A stretch of 26,808 nucleotides of DNA, taken from contig JABLTG010000025.1 in assembly GCA_016618085.1 (NCBI GenBank), forward strand, positions 124,001 to 150,808, read 5' to 3'. The stretch comes from Neovahlkampfia damariscottae. Taxonomy: Eukaryota. The notes beneath the pieces were generated by a model, which saw only the letters and a list, made by a program, of their open reading frames with translations, was not told where the DNA came from and made no database searches. The translations under genes were made by a program, and so were the position numbers. Positions 1 to 11,586 of this stretch are shown piece by piece (position 1 is the first letter of the stretch; every line of letters starts with the position of its first letter).

Positions 1-122
1 TATCAAAAATAGTAATAATATCAATAGTACAACTTGAGAGTAGTTAGTTTTTTTTTAAATGACGAACATTTTAATAATAACGAGGAAAATAAATAAAATT
101 GATATTTTTCAAGTATTATCAT
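1..122 (-). CDS. Possible 5' end of a hydrophobic/membrane protein running off the window start
   Basis: ATG at 122, then a candidate 35-nt intron at 33-67 (GTTCGT...CTAAC...AAG). The spliced frame is open: MIILEKYQFYLFSSLLLKFVLLILLLFLI. An ATTGG box lies near 221. Confidence 0.35.
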
Positions 123-270
123 TTCAAATAATTCTATATCATCATTTTTCATGGATTATTTTTTTTGAACTTTTAATGTTTTCTTTTTTTCTTTTCTTCA
201 ACGGAAAAGTTGAAAATTTGATTGGCAGAAAAACAACAGAAAAATAATTCGGATAAATTTAAATATTTAA

Positions 271-763
271 TTAAATTTTATGGTCTGAAATTGAATTTAA
301 TTTTATCGGAATTGGTGGCATTTGTGACATAATTCCAGGCATTTTACTCATACAAGTTAGAATTTGAATAATGTTTGCTCGAAATTGTTTCATTAATTCA
401 TGATTTGATTCTAAAGATCCTTTCAATATATTTTCTCTTATATTTGATATAATTAAATTATTTTGAGAAAGAAGATTATTAATATACATTTCTTGTTCTT
501 CTGCTGTTGCTCCTGTTTTTATTTTTTTATTTTCTGAACCATTTGTTTCTTCTTGTTTTCTTTTCTTTGATTGACCTCTTTTATTATTTTAATTTTTTTG
601 TTAGTTCTTACGCTGTAGTTGCTGTCAAAGTATCTTGTAATGTCTTTAAATCATTTTCAGATAAGTTTGATAGCGAATTCTTTTCTTGAGTCAATAGATT
701 CAATAAATTAGAATAACCATCTGTAGTAATTGGAGTCTGTTGTTTATTAGTATCTTCACTCAT
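271..763 (-). CDS. Small protein with a C-terminal DUF3755-like domain
   Basis: ATG at 763. A 34-nt intron at 578-611 (GTAAGAACTAAC...AAAG) joins it in frame to ORF 271..489. The C-terminal NHELMKQFRANIIQILTCMSKMPGIMSQMPPIPIKLN resembles the plant DUF3755 motif (..RxNIxxILxxM..MP.IM.QMPPLPVKLN). Confidence 0.7.
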
Positions 764-840
764 CAATTGACTTTATTGACTTTAAAATTACCCTATTGGT
801 CGAAATCATTTTGATTGAATTGGGTATTTATCATAAAAAT

Positions 841-1631
841 TTATTTTTCATTATCGTATTTTTTAATAATGTCTCTAAAATTTGGTACAAATCTCTCAAT
901 CAATTCATCTGCATATGGATTTCTTTCTCTTTCTTTTTGAATAACATGTTCAAAGGCTTCTTTTGACATTCCTTCGTCTTTTTTTTTTTCTCCAGTGAAC
1001 TCACTAAGATCAATATTCAAATCTTTCATTTGTTGATTAGAAAAAATTTCTTCAATTCTTTAAAAAATTGTTAATTGATTTGTTAAATTACCCTTCTTTT
1101 AATTCTTTATCATATTTCAACATATGTACAAATTCTTCAACTTCTGATTTTGAAACTTCTTTATTGTCAAATTCAACGCCAGCTTTATCACTAAAAGTTT
1201 TTTGAAAACTTAAAAAATCATCATTCATATTTAAATCGTTCATTATTTGATGTAATTGTAATTTTGCTTTTTCAGATTTTTTTGGATTTTCTCTGTCTTT
1301 ATATAATTTTGTGTATTTTTTATTAATTTTTTTTCTTTTTTCGAGAATTACACTTTTTGCTTTTCCAACTGTGAATTGATTTCTAGGTGTTTCATTCATA
1401 TTAAAATCCATCCAAATTTCATTTTCCATATCTTCTAATTCTTTCATATGAGCTATTAAATTAAGTTAAAAGTTGAATTTTTAACTTACCTTTGTATAAA
1501 TTGTCATTCGTTAAATTTTCAAATCTTTCTTCCAAGTCTTGAAAAGAATCTTTATCAAATGCATCATAATTATAATTTCTAATGATAAAATTTTTTGTCT
1601 TCAATTTTTTTGTGAATCTTTTCAACAGCAT
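841..1631 (-). CDS. Hypothetical protein, 3 exons, possible mitochondrial presequence
   Basis: ATG at 1631 gives a basic, acid-free N-terminus (MLLKRFTKKLKTKNFIIRNY). Introns 1453-1489 and 1058-1091 join ORFs 1088..1447 and 841..1029 in frame. Confidence 0.7.
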
Positions 1632-1649
1632 TTTTTTTGATGTTTGGGA

Positions 1650-1675
1650 TGATTGGTTGTTTTTTTAACCAATCA
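1650..1675. promoter_or_regulatory. Inverted pair of CCAAT boxes in a 77-bp divergent promoter
   Basis: TGATTGGTT (1650-1658) and AACCAATCA (1667-1675) form a perfect 9-bp inverted repeat between the ATGs at 1631(-) and 1709(+). Confidence 0.6.
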
Positions 1676-1708
1676 AACTATGTAACGGATTTTCAAAAAC
1701 AAAAAGTA

Positions 1709-3700
1709 ATGGAAACAAAGAAACGGAAGTTTGATGAATCTTTCAATGACTCAGAAGATCAATCTAAGAAAGCTAAAATTGAAAATACAGATGAAACACC
1801 TGAAACAAAGAAAGTACCAACTCTACAGAACGTTCAAACCGAATTAAAAAGTTTGACTACTGAATTTGACAATTTACTTAAATTTCAACAACCAAATGTT
1901 AAAAAAGACATTTTTCAAAATGAAGAATATAAACTTCAACTTTCTCAATTCAACAGTTTTCAAGTTACAAACCCAACAATTTTTCCTCAAGAGTTTAAGA
2001 GTTTATTCACCAAAATTGTTCAAGATTCACAATGTACAAAAGAGAAATTGGTTGATGATTTGCATATTTTCTTTTTAAAAAAAGTTGATAAAGAAGGAAT
2101 TAAAGTTGCTTTAGATTTATATTCACAAGAAGAAAACTATGGAACAAAAGAATCACCAATTAAAATATGGGAATGTGTGAATTTAAAAGATATACCAGTT
2201 GGTATCAGAACTAGTTTAATCGATTTCAGAAAACAAAGAAAACAACAAAAGAAAAAATTGAATGAAATTTCAAGACAAATCAAAAAATTAGAAAAAGAAG
2301 AAGAAAAATTAAAAAAGAGTTTAGAAAAAGAACATGAAAAAAACAAGAAAAAATTGGAAAAGGAAGATGAAAAAATGAAAAAAAAAATTGAAAAGGAAAA
2401 AAAGAAAGAAGAAATAATTCCAAAAATGGAAACACCAAAGAAAAAAGTGGAAAAGAATAATGGACAATCATTACTTAACTTTTTCGCAAAAAAAGAAAAA
2501 AAAGTTATCATTGAAGAAGTTCCAAAAGTTCAAGAAAATCAACCTGAAATAAATCAAAAAATTGATGAAGAATTACAAAAAGAATATGATATTGATCAAT
2601 TAAAAACAATGTTAAAATCAAAAATGATAAGAAAAAGATATATTTCAAAAAACAAAGAACCAAATGAATTCTACAAAGAAAAGAAAATATCACCAAAAAT
2701 CAAAGCATTTCAATACTCAGAATCTGTTCATTACTTTGGTACTTTTTCAAAAAAAAGTTCTGTAATTACTGCAAGAAGACCTTTCACTAAAGATGAATCA
2801 CTTGATTATGATTTTGATGAAGAAGAAGAATTTGAAGAAGAAGGGGAAAACTTAACAGATACAGAAGAAGAAGAAGATCTAGGAATTGATGATGATGAAA
2901 ATGAAGATGGATTTTTTGTCAATGAAGAAGAGAATGATAAAGAAAATCAAAATAACATAAATGTAACCACAATATTTCTGGGACCTTATCAAGATGAACA
3001 TTTTGAACAATACAAAGTAATCAAGAATTTTGAATTTGGTGAAAAATCAATAAAAGAAGAATGGAAAAATTTGATCCCTGAAAAAGAATTAATTCAATTG
3101 ATCAATTTATTAAGCATGAATAGTAAAAAGAAAACTGTTGAAATATTTCATGCTAATTATCCAACTATTCCAAAATTGAAAGTTGAAAAACAAATTATGG
3201 AAATTTCAAGAAGAGAAAAGAGAGATGAAAAATTTAAATGGGTTGTTTTTGATAAAGTTTTGGAATGGAAAACAAAAAATGAGTCAAAATATACTTCTGA
3301 TATTTTGATGAATTTGAATGAAGTTCCTCAACCTATTGTTACTCAATCATTGAATCAAGTTCCTCAACAATATTTTCAACAATTTCAACCACAATCTCAA
3401 ATTCAAATACCACAAAACATGACAGTGAATTCATCACTGACTCAGTCAAATCAAATGTTCACTTTCAATCAGTATCAACCAAATTCAGTGTTTACAAATT
3501 CATTTTCAAATCAACTCTCTTCATCATTTATACCAATGAGTCAACCAAAAACAAATGTAACTTCACAACCAAATGTGAATATTCTTCAAGTTAAACATAA
3601 ACCAAAAATTCAATCAACAGAAAACAAAAATCCAAAACCGTGTAATTTACATGAAATTATCAACGAAAAACCATTCAACGTTGATGAACTGTTCAATTAA
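1709..3700 (+). CDS. CHAF1A: Chromatin assembly factor 1 large subunit (p150/Cac1-like)
   Basis: K/E/R coiled coil and a PIP-like QSLLNFF. The CAF1A motif YFGTFSKKSSVITARRPFTKDESLDYDFDEEEEFEEEGENL is followed by an acidic tract and a winged-helix-like segment ending KWVV. The likely start is the ATG at 1709. Confidence 0.85.
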   Translation: METKKRKFDESFNDSEDQSKKAKIENTDETPETKKVPTLQNVQTELKSLTTEFDNLLKFQQPNVKKDIFQNEEYKLQLSQFNSFQVTNPTIFPQEFKSLFTKIVQDSQCTKEKLVDDLHIFFLKKVDKEGIKVALDLYSQEENYGTKESPIKIWECVNLKDIPVGIRTSLIDFRKQRKQQKKKLNEISRQIKKLEKEEEKLKKSLEKEHEKNKKKLEKEDEKMKKKIEKEKKKEEIIPKMETPKKKVEKNNGQSLLNFFAKKEKKVIIEEVPKVQENQPEINQKIDEELQKEYDIDQLKTMLKSKMIRKRYISKNKEPNEFYKEKKISPKIKAFQYSESVHYFGTFSKKSSVITARRPFTKDESLDYDFDEEEEFEEEGENLTDTEEEEDLGIDDDENEDGFFVNEEENDKENQNNINVTTIFLGPYQDEHFEQYKVIKNFEFGEKSIKEEWKNLIPEKELIQLINLLSMNSKKKTVEIFHANYPTIPKLKVEKQIMEISRREKRDEKFKWVVFDKVLEWKTKNESKYTSDILMNLNEVPQPIVTQSLNQVPQQYFQQFQPQSQIQIPQNMTVNSSLTQSNQMFTFNQYQPNSVFTNSFSNQLSSSFIPMSQPKTNVTSQPNVNILQVKHKPKIQSTENKNPKPCNLHEIINEKPFNVDELFN

Positions 3701-3727
3701 TAAGAGTATAATAATACAATAAACATT

Positions 3728-5206
3728 TTATTGCATAATAATTTTCAATGAAATCATCCAAGTGGGAATCCACAAAATAGAAATGATCTGATAAAATAAA
3801 TGATTTGTTAAATGAATAAATGTGAGCGGTGATAAACAAAAAACAACCAGAAATTGAATCCATTTCAAACTCTGATAATTCTTTGTTGTGAAAAATAAAA
3901 TTATAAATAAATATATTGAAGAAGCAATATAAATAGCAGTGTTCCAAGTTAATAATGAAGCCAATCCTAAGAAATTATAATAAATTAGAAATGATTTTGT
4001 ATTTTTCCAATCTTTCATATTCCATTGCCAAAACAAAAGTCCAATTGAAAGATAAGGGAATGATTGAACAATAAATGAAAATAAAACAATTAAACCAACA
4101 TTTTGAATAGAATTCAATAAACAATCATTATTTTCTTTTTTTGAAAAATAATAAATGAATTGAGCAGCAAAAGCAAAAACAATCAATAAAACTGATAATA
4201 AAAATTCTTCATATCCCATGAAACTAAAAAGTTAAAAAAAGTGAAATATCACATACGAGTAATTTGACATCATAAAATATAAAAAATAAGATTGATGCAT
4301 TGATTCAATTAAATTATTCAAATATCTAATTGTAGAAGTTGTTAATTTTCCAACTAACATTTTGTTTCTATAAATATTTACATTTGGACTTTTTTTTAAA
4401 GGAGCAGTCAATGTAATAGTATGAGTATTGAATTTTGATAAAAATCCATCTTTACCAAAATTTGTTGGATTTCCAAATAATTGTTGTTTATAATGATGAA
4501 AGAATACATTATAACTTGGATGAATTGAAAATAAACTTTGATCATATAAATCAACTTTAATACCAAGTGAATGTTCACAACCATAAATTATTATATTAAC
4601 TAAATCTAAGTTTGGTAAATCACCATTCTTTCCAACTGTATTTAACACAACAGATTCAAATTGATAATGATCAAAATTTAAGTAAATAGCTTGATTTAAA
4701 AAATTAGTTTGTTTTAGTTTTTTACCTTCTCTTATAACTCCAGTTGAGATTTTTCTTGAATTCAAAATTTCTTCGAGTTGATTTGACTTCTCATTTTCAA
4801 TCATGAATAATAGATCATGGTGTAACCATTTTTGTTGACTTAAATATTTTATAATGTTTAATGATAAATCAAGGTCGTTTGAAATGATCAAAAGTGACTC
4901 TTTTCCATTTCCTTTCGGTGCACGCAATTTCGCAAAAAAAGTATTGTTATGTTCTATTACTTCTAAACCTAATGATTGTATTGTCTCTAAAGGATGTTTT
5001 GATAAGTTTGGATGAAATTGAAAAGTATCATCTGCTGTACCAAAACTAATGGCATTTTCTGAAAAGTATGTTTTTTTAGCTTGGAATGGCCAACTGATAA
5101 TCATTCCAATACCTACTATGAACAATAAAATACTTAGCTCAAACGTGAATTTTGCTATAAGCGACGTGGCTTTTTCTTTTATTCCAAGCCGAAAAGTTGA
5201 AGACAT
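3728..5206 (-). CDS. GAA1: GPI transamidase subunit GAA1
   Basis: Motifs KTYFSENA, LRAPKGNGKES, GKNGDLPNLDLVN and LNNLIESMHQSYFLYF, then a multi-TM C-terminus. Introns at 4690-4725 (in frame) and 4224-4256 join the two ORFs. Confidence 0.9.
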
Positions 5207-5353
5207 TTTTTGGAGTGATTCTATTCGTCAATTTTCATCAAAACAAAAAGAAAAGTGAAATACCACATAAATATTGATTCTGAAAAATTTATTTTCATTC
5301 TATTTTTTTCATCTCAAAAAAAACAGTTCGATTTGATTGGATAATTGTAATTG

Positions 5354-8300
5354 ATGAGTCTTCACAAACTGTTACAAAATGAGTTAAACAAAATCATTGA
5401 AGAATCAAGAAAAGATTTTCACAATGTCAAAGAAGTAAATTAAATAAACTAAAAATTAACCGCACTTCAGTCTTCAGAAAGGATGTTGCTTCTTTTAAAA
5501 TCAATTCAATACAAAGACGAAACATTCGCTCAAGGTACAAAAACAAAAATTTTAAAAAAAAAAATGATAAGCTATCAAAAAATCAGGTGAAGTCGTAAAA
5601 CCATTTTTACTTTGTTGTGAAACAAAAAATCCAAAATTAATAGCCCACGGACTTTCCTCTTTTCAACTTTTAGTTTCTCATGATGCATTACCAGACGAAG
5701 GTGCTATTGGTATTATTATTGAAACTTTACTCAGAATTTATGATCAACAAGATGAAGTCATATCTTTAAAAATAATCCAATTATCTTTACTCATACTTAC
5801 TCATTCAAAATATAACTTGGATGTTTCAATATATTCAAAGGTATATATTTTTCTTTTATATCTCATTTTTTCAAAGACTTTTAATTTATACTTTATTTTG
5901 AATGCTCATAAAAATATCATCATCAATCAAACTTCATTTATTAGTTTGAGACAATCAATACCAATATTTTTTGAAAAGAAAGGTGTAGAATCAATTGATT
6001 TTTTTGAAGATTTATTCTTATTTCTTGATAATAAACCAACAATTTGGGTCAACATTCAAAATGTCACAAAAGTTAGAAAAAAAAAAATTAACTTGAAAAA
6101 GTCCTTTGTTTTGGAAATGATTGAAGAAATTGTCAGAACATTTCATACACTTTTAAAATCAAAAGATGAATTCAAAAAAATAATAATTGAAAAAATCTTA
6201 CCACTCATTCATGAAAAAATCCAAAAAAGTGAAGAATTTTCAGAATGCTTAAAATATAACCAAATGGCATTAAGTTTATTGGAATCATATTTTGATATTT
6301 TGGTAAAAAGATATTTAAGTTTTAAACATTCATTTTGACAGGACGAGAAACAGTTGGAAGATTTGTTAAGTTTAATTGCTCATGAATCAACTTCAAATTC
6401 ATGGAAAAAGGTTTTAGGATTAGAAATTATCAGAAATTTATTTCAAAACGAATATTTTTTAAAGAAAATCAATGTCGAAAAAAAACAAAACAATTTTGAT
6501 ATTTTGATTAATCCATTAAGAGATTCAATTCAAAAATTTGATCAATTGGATTTCAAATATAAACAAAATTCATATAAACGTTTACAAGCGAATCATGAAT
6601 TTCAACCAAATCATGAAGAAGTTTTGAATTTATGTATTGATGCCATTAACAATTTAACAAAATCAATTTCAAATATTATTGGATTAGAAGAAAAAGAATA
6701 CTTAAAAACAGATTTAGTATTATTGGAATTGACTTGGTCAGGTGTACTTTCAACTTTGATTGAATTATTAGAAAAATCACAACATGATGATACTATTGAT
6801 ATTGTACTTCAATCTTATTTGTTATTCACAACATTAAGTGGTTTAACTCATTTATCAACACCAAGAGACGCATTTTTGACATCACTTTGTAAATATACTG
6901 TTCCAAAAGGAGGTGAAAACAATGTGAATAAAAATATAAAAGTTCTAAAAGTCTTATTTCACATTACACGTATAATAGGACCATATTTAGGTAATAAAAC
7001 TATCAAGTTAACAAAATAATTCTTAGGAACATCTTGGTATTTAATTTTGAAAAATTTTCAAATGTTAAATTCATTCTTAATGAAAAATGGATTTTCAAAA
7101 GATTTAGGAGATTTATTCAAAGACACAAAGAATTTTAAAATTGATTCTTTATTAAATTTAATCAAACAATTGATTAAATTATCAATGGATTCAGTAAGAT
7201 AAAAAATAATCATTAAACCAATCAAAAAAGTCAAATTTATTCGCAGATGAAAAATTAATGGAAATTATATTCATTCATATCAAAAGATTAGGTGAAATTT
7301 TTGATTTAATATCACCACATTTGATTTATTTATGCAAAACAAAAAATATTGAAACTGAAAAATTTACTATTGAAAATTATTGCAATTTAATAATCACTAA
7401 ATGTGAACTTGGTTTATCAGAAGAATTAGAATTAAAATTATTCAAAACATTGAGAGAAATATATGAAATTGAAGGTTCTATTAAAAAATTATCACTTCAA
7501 AGTTTAAGTATAATCATTCAAAAATGTGGTCAAAATTTGAATAATAATGCATGGAATGAAGTTTTAAAAATTTTACAAAATGGAAGTAAATTGGATGATT
7601 TTGATAATATAACACTTGCTTTTAAATGTACTCAATATATTGGAAATGATTTCCTTCCTTTACTAAATTTAAGTGAATACATTAAAACGGTTGGTTGTTA
7701 CTCTCAACAAGAAAAAACAGATGATATCAATACAAATTTGGTCGCTATCGGTCTATTTATGACATTATCTGATTATTTTCAAAATTTAGAAAATATTAAT
7801 GAAATGTGGATTACTTTGTATTTAGAGTTGATTGAATCAACTACTGATTTAAGATACGAAGTTAGAAATTCAGCTATAAAAACTTTGACTTTTGCTTTGA
7901 CTTCTCATGGCAAAAAATTAAATGATGAAGGATGGAATTTATGTTTAAATCAAATTTTAACTGCTGTTTTAGATAAAATTCAAATTTCCGCTTCTTCAAT
8001 CAAAGAAGATGATGAAAGTGGTTTAGTTTCATTGAAATCAGTAAAGAAAAGTTATGTTCATCATAGTCGTGATAATATTACAAAACAATGGAGTGAAACA
8101 AGAAAATTATCAATTGAAGGCATTTCAAGAATTTTGATTGAAAACTCAAATTCTATTTTTCACTTGAATTCTTTTGTTGATTTCTCCAATGAATTTATTC
8201 GATTCTTAATTAACTCAATTAAGACAAAGTCAGAAGAAATTTTTCATGTAATCTCAAATGTGCTATTTGATTTGATTTTGAAGTCCACAGGAAAACCAAA

Positions 8301-9465
8301 AGAAATTCTATTTGATAATTCCTGGGAAATTTGGAATTTTATTTCAAAACACGTTCAACAACAATCAACTATTTTATTAATTTTAACTGGTTTTGATCAA
8401 TTGTTTGAACAAGACTTATTGAAAGAAAAGGAAGTTAAATTGATTTTGGAAATTTGCTCAAAATTGATGATGTCTCCAATTGCTTTGAAGGGAATTTCTT
8501 CTCCTTCAAAAATTCAAGAAACTATTTTGGATCTTTATAAAAAATTGTCAACAAAAGAATCAAAATTAGTATTTCAGTCTTTAGTTTCATTTTTACCTTT
8601 AAATGAATTTAAAACACTTCAAGGTCACCTATTACCAAAAAGTAAGACGAGAAAATTCTTCCACTAAAAAATAGAATTTCCAAATGTTGAGTTATACATC
8701 ACAATTCAAAATATTATAGTTGAAGAATTTGACTTTTTTGATTCTATCATTAGAATTTTAGGTGAGTGTATGATGACAAGATATATTATTGGTGATTTTC
8801 CATTATGGAAGCAAACCATAAAATCATTCAAAAAGATTATTTTAAATCATATGATTAATGTTAAATTAACTTATGAAAACTGGAATGAATTATGCTCACA
8901 AATTGAAAATTTCATTTTTACAAAAGACACCAATGATGGATTATTTGATGAAGAAGAAGTCATTATGTCAAATTTAATCTTTGAAATGATAACAAAAATG
9001 GAATCAAATGATGATATTAATATTAGATTGATCTCAATTTTAAGAAAATCAACTGAATTATCACCAAAACCAATTGCTTCAGAATCATTAAGTTATTTAT
9101 TTCAATTGATCAAATTTGATCAAATTTCTCATTTAGTTTTACCTGAAATTGAAAATCTTTGCATTGAAATATTTGAAAATTTTATTAAAGAAGACAAAAG
9201 ATCAGGTGGTCTTCCAATGCCAAGATATCGAAGACAAGAAGTTTTAAATGTTTTTAAAGAATTAAAGAAAGTTGAAATTGATCCTTCACTTTTTAAAGAC
9301 ACTTCTGATATTAAATTTAAAGGTAAAAAAGGATTGATTGTGAAGTTATTTCCTTATCTTTGTGAATTTATTGCTTGTACTGAAGATAACTCTTTTAAAA
9401 TGATTTTATTGGACTTGTTTAGAATTGCATCTGAAGAGTTGGGTTTGAATAAATTGGTGAAATAA
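5354..9465 (+). CDS. MON2: MON2 (ARF-GEF-like endosome/Golgi scaffold), multi-exon
   Basis: The spliced N-terminus MSLHKLLQNELNKIIEESRKDFHNVKES...KPFLLCCETKNPKL...FQLLVSHDA is DCB-like. Other motifs are TPRDAFLTSLCK, DLRYEVRNSA, VHHSRDNITKQWSET and C-terminal RSGGLPMPRYRRQE...LFPYLCEFI. There are about 8 tiny introns (e.g. 5435-5470, 5535-5571, 5841-5876). Confidence 0.92.
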
Positions 9466-9650
9466 AAATTTTCATTTTCAAAGTGTCATTTTAATTGGTT
9501 AAAACAGAGAGGTTTTATTGGTTGTTTGATTGTCCAATTGGCAAAGACTATATTTGACCAATGGTGTGATCGATTTTTCCCGCTCAAAATAATTATAAAT
9601 GATTGGCCAAAATTGCCGTTATTCAACAAAAACAAAAACAAATAACAAAG

Positions 9651-10475
9651 ATGAGCACAACACCAATTGTCACAAGAACTGAATGGAAAAAGAAAAAAAT
9701 TGATAGATCAAAAAGAGTTGCACCAGGAGCAGTCATTGATGAAAAAAACATTTTGACAAAATCGAGAAGAAAAGGAGCAAAACTCACTGTTGAACAAAGA
9801 AACAAAGAAAACAAAGCATCAAACAAAAAAGTTGAAAAAAAACCAGTTGAAAAAAAACCAGTTGCAAAAAAAGAAAAGAAAGAAGAAAAAGTTGAAGAAC
9901 AACAAGAACAACAAGAACAACAAGAACAACAAGAACAACAAGAACAAGAAACAAAACTTCAAGAAGTAACAGAATCAGTTGAAAACATGAAAGTTACAGA
10001 ATCAGCTCCAACAAAATCAACACCAACAAAAACAAGAAAATCAGCAACAAAAATAAAAGGAGTTTCAGCTAAAGTTTCAGCACAAATTGAAAGACTTGGA
10101 GGAAAAGTACAAGAACTTGGTGAAAGAAGATACTACAGAGATTCTGAAAATCCAATGCCAATCGCTATTCAATTATTCTGTGATGCTTTTGTTGGAAAAG
10201 AAGAAGTCAAATTCTGTTCATTAAAACATAAACTCGAAGAAATTACATTTGGTCAAGAATTTACATTAGAAGAATTTGAAGATTTCAAATATTTAAAAAA
10301 AGATGATATCTTGATTGGAGATGGAGAAAGTTTAGTTGTTGCAAATGGAAAAGATACACGTGAAGATTTTGAAGTGTGCTTGGTTGAAGATGAAGAATCA
10401 AAACCAGTTGGTCCATTTAAAATTTCAGAATTTTTGAAAACTGTTGAAGTTACACAAATCACTGAAGCAGAATAA
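9651..10475 (+). CDS. Hypothetical K/E/Q-rich protein
   Basis: Intronless ORF from the ATG at 9651 with several ATTGG/CCAAT boxes upstream. It has a low-complexity N-terminal half and a globular-looking C-terminal half. Confidence 0.7.
   Translation: MSTTPIVTRTEWKKKKIDRSKRVAPGAVIDEKNILTKSRRKGAKLTVEQRNKENKASNKKVEKKPVEKKPVAKKEKKEEKVEEQQEQQEQQEQQEQQEQETKLQEVTESVENMKVTESAPTKSTPTKTRKSATKIKGVSAKVSAQIERLGGKVQELGERRYYRDSENPMPIAIQLFCDAFVGKEEVKFCSLKHKLEEITFGQEFTLEEFEDFKYLKKDDILIGDGESLVVANGKDTREDFEVCLVEDEESKPVGPFKISEFLKTVEVTQITEAE
9897..9941 (+). repeat. Coding minisatellite (GAACAACAA)x5 encoding (EQQ)5
   Basis: Five perfect 9-bp units. Confidence 0.95.
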
Positions 10476-10700
10476 ACTTCCGTATTTATAAGTTACTTTA
10501 ATAAAAAATTTAGATTTTTAATGTACTTTAAATTTTCATATTTGAAAAGAATTGTATTTCCAACCCAAGTTGCCAAATTGTCAGAACTAACAAACCCAAA
10601 AAAATGAGGATTGCAAAAAATTGTTTTGAATGGTCAAAAATGTTCCGATCAAATTCTCACTTTTCAAAAATAAATTAAATGAGTAATTAAATATATATTT

Positions 10701-11147
10701 TTATTCTGACATCATTGTTCTAACAAATTCTTCGTATCTAATAATACCATCATTATTTGTATCAGCATCTCTCAATAATTCATCAACTTCATCTTCGCTT
10801 AATTTTTCTCCTAAAGTTGTCATAACATGTCTTAACTCAGCTGCTGAAATAGTACCTGTGCCATCTTTATCAAAAACTCTGAAGGCTTCTTTAATTTCTT
10901 CTTCTGTATCGTTGTCTCCAATTTTTTTTTCCATGAGACGAAGAAATTCATTAAAATCAATTGTACCATTTTTATCTTGATCAACTTCATTAATCATATC
11001 TGTGAGTTCTGCTTCTGTAGGGTTTTGTCCAAGTGCTCTCATTACAGTTCCTAATTCTTTGGTGGAAATTGTTCCATCACCATCTTTATCAAAAAGTGAA
11101 AAGGCTTCTTTAAATTCTGCGATTTGTGTATCATCAAGTTTGGACAT
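10701..11147 (-). CDS. CaM: Calmodulin (somewhat divergent), 4 EF-hands
   Basis: 148 aa containing [61 protein letters not shown] and LGEKL. Confidence 0.95.
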   Translation of the reverse strand: MSKLDDTQIAEFKEAFSLFDKDGDGTISTKELGTVMRALGQNPTEAELTDMINEVDQDKNGTIDFNEFLRLMEKKIGDNDTEEEIKEAFRVFDKDGTGTISAAELRHVMTTLGEKLSEDEVDELLRDADTNNDGIIRYEEFVRTMMSE

Positions 11148-11196
11148 TCTTTTTCTTTTCTACACAAAACAAAAAAGTTCAGTCAGTAAATTTTAA

Positions 11197-11226
11197 CCAA
11201 TAAAAATCATCCTTTGATTTTATTGG
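11197..11226. promoter_or_regulatory. Inverted pair of CCAAT boxes in a 79-bp divergent promoter
   Basis: CCAATAAAA (11197-11205) and TTTTATTGG (11218-11226) form a perfect 9-bp inverted repeat. Confidence 0.55.
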
Positions 11227-11577
11227 ATGCAAATGGATGAAGAAAGTTGGTTTGAAAAAAATAAAAATATCGAATTAATTGAAGATTATACAGAAGAAGA
11301 AGAAGATAAAGATGGTTATTACTGGCCAAGAATTCCAAAAGAAATTAAAAATTCAATTGAAAAATTATACAATAATAACTTCTTTGAAAAACAAACAATA
11401 AACAAACAAGAAACAGAAAAATTTATGAATGAATTAGGATTTCCTAAAGAATCTATTAAAAAAAATCTTTTAATTTTTGATGAAGAAAGAAAATTAAATA
11501 AAGAAAAAGAACTAAAATTTTCATGGTCAACATTCAAAGACTTTTTTGGTATAGTTATGATAGAAAATAAAAAATAA
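11227..11577 (+). CDS. Hypothetical protein (116 aa)
   Basis: Open frame with host-like composition filling the gap between calmodulin and USP7. It ends in TAA tail-to-tail with USP7. Confidence 0.6.
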   Translation: MQMDEESWFEKNKNIELIEDYTEEEEDKDGYYWPRIPKEIKNSIEKLYNNNFFEKQTINKQETEKFMNELGFPKESIKKNLLIFDEERKLNKEKELKFSWSTFKDFFGIVMIENKK

Positions 11578-11586
11578 AAAAAAAAA

